From contig JAQGDQ010000251.1 of NCBI GenBank assembly GCA_030141605.1, positions 1 to 64,000 of the forward strand: a DNA stretch of 64,000 nucleotides. Reading direction: 5' to 3'. Numbering within the stretch: the first letter of the stretch is position 1; every line of letters starts with the position of its first letter. Origin of the DNA: Tubiluchus corallicola (taxonomy: Eukaryota; Animalia; Priapulida). The notes under the pieces are model-generated. The model saw only the letters and a program-made list of their open reading frames with translations. It ran no database searches and had not been told where the DNA came from. Position numbers and translations under genes: made by a program. Below, piece after piece: positions 56,830 to 64,000 of this stretch.

Positions 56830-57260
56830 TAGCACAAACCTTGAGAAACACAGAGCGTTCGTAAGTTAAGGGTTCAGCAGATGAAAAAGGTAGTGCAATA
56901 TCGCTAAGCAAAAAAATCAAGAAAAAGTCCGTTGAAATAATTACTATGCACATTAAAAGATCTACTTTGCAAATTCTGTGAGTCACAATGCTATTCCCGG
57001 CGCTCGCTCTGACGTTTCACAGTTCCTAGTGAAGGCTTGCGACAACATGTTTCGTGACTGCCTGGCAATATAATCATAATATGAGAAACCTTGAAGTGTT
57101 CGGTTTATAAAAGCCTTTACAAGTTGAAATACGCCAACCATTTAACTATACAGACGGCCTTTGTTTTGGGTAAACATTTGCCTGTACAGGCTGCTACGGG
57201 TATGACATTATAAACATATGGCAATTGAAAACAACGCTTTTCCTTATTAATCAATGAAAT
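56830..57260 (+). pseudogene. Candidate degenerate LRR fragment
   Basis: NLEKHRAFVS, KIYFANSVSHNAIPGA, DNMFRDCLAI, KHLPVQAATGMTL. Confidence 0.35.
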
Positions 57261-58080
57261 GATCTATCTCGCTTCTTGTATTTACTTTCTATAAGGACAA
57301 CAATGTGCTCTAATAAACAGAAAGTGCAGAATTGCAGTTTATGACATTTTGTAATTATTAAACCATATAATGTGCATTAGACTAAAACATGTATTCACGC
57401 ATAATGCCTGCGACATAATGCAGAGCAATACAAAACGAAAAGCATGTCTGCACGAATATTGATAATCAATAATCACTTGGTTTGCTATAGTTAATATTTA
57501 AATAGCATTCTATAGAAATTTGCATCATGCTAGGTTCACTTACCTGCGCAGTGACGGACAGGTGAGTGATACCTGCATACTTGATATGCACGGCACAGGT
57601 GAGAACAAAGTACACAAGTAATGCTTACCTGAAACACAATGTTTAAAAACCAAATAAAATGCCTGATGCAAGGCTAATTTGTAATAATTATCACAGCGTG
57701 TCCTCATTATTGTTACTAATATCTCTATTAACAAAGGTGTGTATTAGCCTGAAAGATAATACGGTTTCGCCAAAGAGCAATTCACATAAATCATAAAGAT
57801 GCATATAATTATTAAATCAATACAACGTTTGTATTATATAGTTGTTGTTCTTAAATTTTTCTGTATAAAAACTGCTATAAAATTTTTTACAAAAGCTCAT
57901 AACTGTCATATCGTGTGATGTTATTACTCTCAGTTGAATGAATTGTTTCGAGATATTAGACTGTAAAAGTCACAATTTAGACTGTAATTTTTTATTTTCA
58001 TTTCAGACATTTAATTGCTCCAACCAATAGATTATGATGATATAAATTTAGAACATTATGAGTTTGTCTGTTCTATTCTC

Positions 58081-58170
58081 TTTTGTTTGTTTGTTTGTTT
58101 GTTTGTTTGTTTGTGTGAGTGTGTGTGTGTGTGTGCGTGCGTGCGTGTGCGTGTGTGTGTGTGTGTGCGT

Positions 58171-58198
<28 letters not shown>
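58081..58198. repeat. (TTTG)n-(GT)n-(GA)n compound microsatellite
   Basis: Visible arrays. Confidence 0.95.
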
Positions 58199-58201
<3 letters not shown>

Positions 58202-58867
58202 TAAGTGTGAGAACGTAAGTGTGAGAATGTTACGTGTGCGTGTGAGTTTTCTTTTATATTGCCTTGGAATATTTAACGCTTTATTTTGCCCACGTTTTCT
58301 TCGTCTAGAACGTTTATTATCCATTTAAAATATTTTATGATCACTGCCAAAATAGTGAAGATAAGAGATGCATTTTCAAGAAAAATAACTATTAATTTAT
58401 AGAAATCATAAAAGTTTAGAGAAATTACAGTGATACATTTATATTTATAACTATAAATATTTCATTTTTAGCTACAAACTTATATTGCAAAATACAAAAC
58501 TCATAGGTTATTGTTTACAAAATATAATCACATTTGTATTTTGTATTATTGTATTAGTATTATTTTAATTGCTTATCATTAAGTAACGGACAATTTATCC
58601 TCAAAATAATGATAAAAAACTTCTGATGAAATGTGTAGTTAAAATTATCTAGATTCGAACTATGGATATTGGACTACAATCCTCCATGTCAGAAGAACAA
58701 GTAGCTCCCCCTTCATCAGGAACTTCGACAATTTTATCGCTTGATTTCAAGAAGATAATTTTTGTAGGATTATTCCAATAATGGAAACAGGATTCTAATT
58801 AATTAATTACCTTAATTGCCCACAAACACGATTACACTAAGAAACTTGGGTTGGTTTTTTAGACCAA

Positions 58868-58965
58868 GGGCTACGTGGATTAATCATTGAGGTGTTAGGC
58901 TTGCAGTTAAAAGTACCTGGTTCAAATCCAGGCTTCTACGCGACACTCTCACACAAGCCTTGATT
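58868..58965 (+). mobile_element. tRNA-derived SINE head, degenerate
   Basis: Box B ctggttcaaatccagg preceded by a tRNA-like leader. Confidence 0.45.
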
Positions 58966-59074
58966 CAAAAATTTAACACTTGTATCTCTTTCCTCTTATA
59001 AACTTACTGAGGTGTAAAACATTTTATATTCGTTACTTGACTTTTTATCGGAAAGTAGAGAAAAGACATGGATT

Positions 59075-59346
59075 GGAAAGGAAAGAAAGAAATCAAAGAA
59101 GCAAGACAGCGAAAGAGAGAGAGGGGGAGTGAAGGAGAGGGAGAGGGAGACGAGAGAAGAAAAAGAAAAAGGGAGAATGAAACAGAAAGAGAGAAAGAAA
59201 GACAAAGTGCAAGAAAGACAGATAGAGGGAGAGGGAAAAAGAGACAGAAAGAGAAAGAGAAAAAGAGAGAGAAAAAAAGAGAGGAGGAGGGAGAAAGAAA
59301 GAGGGAGGGAGGGATAGAAAATGAGAGAGAGAAAGAGCAAAGGAGA
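59075..59346. repeat. Polypurine (GA-rich) low-complexity tract
   Basis: Almost exclusively A/G for about 270 bp. Confidence 0.9.
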
Positions 59347-59399
59347 CGTTGCAATCCCTAATGAATGCTAGTGAATGTTCCATCAGAAAACCTTTTGTA

Positions 59400-59816
59400 C
59401 TTGAATCCAGGCAGAAATACTAGAAATGAATAATTTATCTCAGTCTCTTCGTGCAGATATGTCATTTCTCCTAGTCAAATCAGTAGTAAATGGCACGCAG
59501 TTGGCTTGCAAGAATTTCTAAAGGCAGGCTATACGCTGCACATCATATTACTCCATCTGCGTCACTAATATCCACTACTGATCGCTATTCATAACACATA
59601 ATGAAAATGCATCAAAAGATATGCATCCTGAATGCAGCTTCTTTGTATGGCTGGGCAACTAATTTAACAGCAATTAAGGGTGGACAATTAGTTAGTCCCA
59701 ACCTCCCAGGAGTGAACCATACCGTGCACTCACTGGTAATGGTTTTTGCCATAAAGCATAATGTACTGATGGGCTCAGCGTTGTTAATATTAGCGCAACT
59801 TTGCACATATCAATAA
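59400..59816 (+). pseudogene. Coding-like island, possibly an LRR relic
   Basis: AEILEMNNLSQSLRADM, ILNAASLYG, NLTAIKGGQL, FAIKHNVLMG. Weak. Confidence 0.22.
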
Positions 59817-61061
59817 AAATAAATGCGCGAACGACAGTATTTAAGTTTGTTCCTAATGTACAAACAGTTGTTAAATTTTAAGCCAAATAGGCGCATGATA
59901 ATGCAAATCTAATTCTTAACAATAAAAATGGTGACAATTAATGAAAAAAGTTCCACAGTTAACAAGAAAAACACGACATTTCAAACCACCACTTTAATTT
60001 GTCTTTAGGTGAAAAAATCCCGTGTATCACAGTAATTATTATTAATAATTGCATGTGATGTAATTTTTCAGCTGCAAATAAACTACAGGAGTAATTGGCT
60101 AATTTAGCAAGATGTTTTAAAATTAGATAATCGTGATTTCCTATATTTTGTCTAATTTTAAAATGATTATGACTTTTTTATACTTTGTCTAGTTTTAAAG
60201 TTTATTTTTAAGTTCGAAATTTCCAAGTAATAAGTCAATTGCAGAATAAAATATAAAGCTTATTGCCCACACAACTTGCGTTCCTATAGAAGATATTTAC
60301 CAGTTTCACACTGTTAACATTCACGTTTATAACAATAGTAAATCAATAACAATCAAAATAGATTAAATTTATTGTAAACTTCAATTTAAATTTGCATATT
60401 GCTTGCAATGCTTTATTTGTGAAGTTATGAGGTTTATTTGTATTAATTAGTGGTAGTGAAAAAAATGTTTTGAAAACTCCCACCTCCCATGCAGAATATA
60501 GAATAGAAAATTTACATAAAAAACATTTTTAGAACTATGTTATGAGTTATGAGTTTGAGCCAAAATTGATTCCATAAGAACTTCCTAATTAAACTGAATG
60601 CGTGTGTAATAGCAAAATATTAAAGGAATAAAAATCATTTTAAGTCTTGGCAAAGATAAAACAATCGACTGCAAAAGGCATTACGGAACGCTCACAAATG
60701 TATTCTGGATTCTTCATATTCTTCAATAGAATTAGTGAATAATACATTGTAATATTAAAAGTCACCAATGTTTACTGTTTTTTAACAACAGATGTAAGCA
60801 CGTTAGGCATAATATACTACATGTATTACATTTAAGTTAGGTTTCGTGAGCTTGTCAGAAAAATGCCATTACAATTTCATACGACAATATATACGATAAA
60901 AATAGCAAACGCGAAAAACGTGCTACAATAGCCGAATGTGCATTTAAGAGATATTAGAGATAGAGTTTCACGTACTTTTTGCATTTAAGTAACCGTGTGA
61001 TACCTTTATACGACTAAAATTTACAATTCCCAACACATAGGAAATTAGTTAGTGAAGCGGA

Positions 61062-61152
61062 CTAGGGTTAGAGTTAGGATTTGGGTTAGGACTAGAACCA
61101 AGGTTAAGGTTTTGGTTGTGGTTGGGGTTAAGGTTAAAGTGAGGGTTAGGGT
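61062..61152 (+). repeat. Degenerate (TTAGGG)n-like interstitial repeat
   Basis: tagggttagagttagg..gagggttagggt with 6 bp periodicity. Confidence 0.7.
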
Positions 61153-61319
61153 ATTTAAATTGCGAGGGAAATAGTAATCTCCTTCCGTTTATACTGTAAA
61201 AGAGTGCATTCCAAACACTGGGACATACAAGATAAATGCAATATTTAATCACGCACGGTAATATTTAGTTAAACGTGACATTCATTGTGTAGTTGTGATG
61301 GTGTTTTTATTCACAGTAC

Positions 61320-62990
61320 TGATGGCGTCATCTACAGAAATTATTATTCATCCAACAGAAGCTAATATATCTTTAAAGGTCTGCACTTACAAGACGTGAA
61401 ACTATACCTTCAATACAGATATAGTCATAACGCAGTTCTGTTGCTGTTTGTTTCTCTCGTACGCGAATATGTCTTGATTTAAACCCTCTATTGTTTGTAA
61501 GACTTCTCTCATATTAAACCATATGAAACCCTTTATGGTATTCAGAGCTCAAGCCAAGATTATAATGCGGAGGAACAACGATAAAACGCTCGTTCAAGTT
61601 AGCGGAAATAACCGGATTAAAATCACAAATCTATTATAACGCCATACCGCACGGCATGTTTATGTAAATCCCAAAACTGTTTATGCACTGGGCTCCCGTC
61701 CAGTTAAAAATCTTTTTTGTCTGGGCAACTCTCGAAGGAGCTAGGCACAATAACAATGCGCTAGATTATTGGACAGTAAATGCAGCGGAAAATCAGCTTG
61801 CTCTGATTCTATGCTCAATAGTTTCGTTCGCGTGTCTTATTTTCCAGTGTCCTGTTGTAGTCTTATTAAATAAGACCTTGGGACCTTGCGGGTAGGAAAA
61901 AATGTACTTACCTAACTACTATATACATAAACAATTACATACCTCATAATATTACTGTATATACAATTGAGTACATACATACTCAGTCAGTATGTACTAA
62001 GAACATATGCAACTCCATACTCCATACAACATTTAACTTTCGCTCATGTCACTACATCATTTTCTGCTTACTGCTTCACGCTGCAAATAGTTTAGATCTC
62101 TCTTGTCTGATAACACACCACAAACAGTTTCATTCTTGTTCCCTCAATTTGTGTAAATTTTGTTTTATTCACCTGTTTACCCATCATGAGATAATTATGA
62201 CACAGACGCAATGCAAACCAGAATCCATCATTCATCGGCATACGGGTCACCAATGATGAAAGGTTATGGCGGGACCAGAACTTCATTGTTTTGCTTTTTA
62301 GCTTCCTTATCAAAGAAAATTTGCTAAGATGAAGCGTTAAATTTCAACCCAGTCTCAGCCATTTGTGCACACATCTTTCTTCAACAGGAAAAATATCTTG
62401 AGGTAATTGAAACGCCAGGCAGTTTTGTCGGTAGTTGCCGATCCATTTGCTAACCAGGCTCGGCGTTACTATTTTTGCTTTTTTTCCTTAAGAAATTTTG
62501 TGTAGTCAGTATATAGGCTATCTTTAGTGCTTGTAGTGACTGACTATGCAAAAATATAAAAAATGTAAAAATAGCAACTGGTGAGTTCTGTACTAGTTTC
62601 CCTTCCAGCCGAAAACAGTGTTGTGTCTTCTCAATTTGTTTTTCATTTGTGCGAATTTTTATTTTGTTTATTCATGTTTTCTTTATTATTTTTACGTGAT
62701 CGCTTAAGATGATGACGACAACAGTGAAGATGATAAACACACAAAAAAATCCTAATTGCAATCCATTAACAATATGCAGAGATGATATGAATAAAACGCA
62801 TTCTTCAAATACTAATCAAGATGTTTTTCATGAAATAAATATGCCTATTTGTGTAGATAATTACACGGCGGTTGTAGGCTGCAATTTCCTGGTCTGTTTC
62901 TCTGCAGTCATTTTCTATAATTTGGCCGCTCCCACATTATTACTCCCATTACGCAGACATTGGTACCAGATGCAAATTAGAGGTCTTTAA
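61320..62990 (+). pseudogene. Degenerate multi-LRR relic(s)
   Basis: YIFKGLHLQDVKL, NAIPHGMFM*IPKLF, HNNNALDYWTVNAAEN, HIFLQQEKYLEVIETPGSF, TNQDVFHEI, CFSAVIFYNLAAPTLL. May be more than one unit. Confidence 0.48.
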
Positions 62991-63354
62991 TACAATAGAA
63001 GAAACCAAGTAGTAATTACAGGCTTGGAGAAATTCTGTCATCGACACACCACCACACACGAACATTCAGTCCTAGGACACCACGCTGGGTCCAATTAATT
63101 CGAAAATCTTGTTTTGGATAGCGGTTCAATTAAGAATGTGTACACGAGGGGTGGGGATCTTATTAGAATGTTATTATGGGACTGTTAGCATGTAATAAAG
63201 ACCGCATCGCGGGCCGCAAAGCCCAGCATCTTTTCCATTTTTTACGCTTACGTAATGATGAATGGTTAATTACAAGTTACACTGACTATAATTATAGCTG
63301 ATACGAACAAACATAAAAACATTATTACACAAAACTACCGTTCTAGATATTATA

Positions 63355-63552
63355 ATAACAGTTTCGTTTAGGACATAGTCCAGGGAGAGATAACACCGTA
63401 CGTAACTCAGTACTTGTTTCCAAGGTGGAAACCGATTATAATTACCTGCATGTTACTCGAAAAACTAGCGGTAGCTTTTTTAAAGTCTTTGGCATAACTC
63501 GCTCGGGACCTCCCGGATGAGAAGCGAGCACACTATTATTGAGCTATGCCAC
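63355..63552 (-). mobile_element. tRNA-derived SINE, same family as 42370-42586
   Basis: Shared tttcgtttaggac..gtaactca..tttccaagg..aagtcttt..gaagcgagcac..attgagcta; the box B region is deleted. Confidence 0.8.
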
Positions 63553-64000
63553 CCAAATTCTTGGTTACCTGGGAATATATAATTTTCCAACAATCTATAC
63601 AAAATAAAAAAATATATTTTTTAAATTGCATCGGCACATTGTCATGCAAGGTCTTACTCTTTATGTCTTACTAGTTTATTATGAATATAATTTTAGCCTA
63701 CAATCCGCTTTCTAATTGTGTTTAACCGGTTTATATTAAGCAGCGATTAGCCTTATACGTAATGCGTAAATTGGTGTAATGATAGAATTTGTGTGAAATT
63801 ACTACGCACTACGATAAAATTATGGCAAATTTGTTGCAGAAAAGATGGAAACTTAAAATATGTGAATACATTTTCAAAGTTTTTCATCACCTCTGTAATT
63901 TTAATTCATTATGACACCGTATGCAAAATAATAGTAAGCTACAACAAGTTAAATTTATTAAATAAAAAATTCATACCCGTTAGATTAATAAACTATTTTA

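Noticed and set aside
59560-59662. HPECSFFVWL resembling a GRF zinc finger
   Set aside because: The upstream Cys/His ligands and GRxF motif are absent.

Overview
AT-rich, microsatellite-dense animal (probably invertebrate) nuclear DNA. I see no intact long gene, rRNA, true tRNA or CRISPR array. The window holds many decayed retroelements (an RTEX/Proto2-like LINE embedded in (CT)n, RTE, CR1/L2-group and RLE-type fragments, two Penelope-like elements, one with inverted pLTRs carrying minimal hammerhead ribozymes), tRNA-derived SINEs, MITE/Helentron-like repeats and minisatellites. The main signal is that many unique-sequence islands between the repeats translate, across stops and frameshifts, into leucine-rich-repeat (LRR) ectodomain sequence with correctly spaced repeats and occasional Cys caps. 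The best case is a spliced minus-strand relic (about 11232-10644 joined to 8761-8541) ending in an LRRCT and a hydrophobic tail. About 20 further candidates, all read on the plus strand, are spread over the 64 kb. This suggests a dense cluster of decayed LRR-receptor genes, or speculatively a donor-cassette field. All calls come from manual translation, and many boundaries are approximate. Short LRR-like matches arise by chance in AT-rich DNA, so the weaker candidates need a controlled HMM search.
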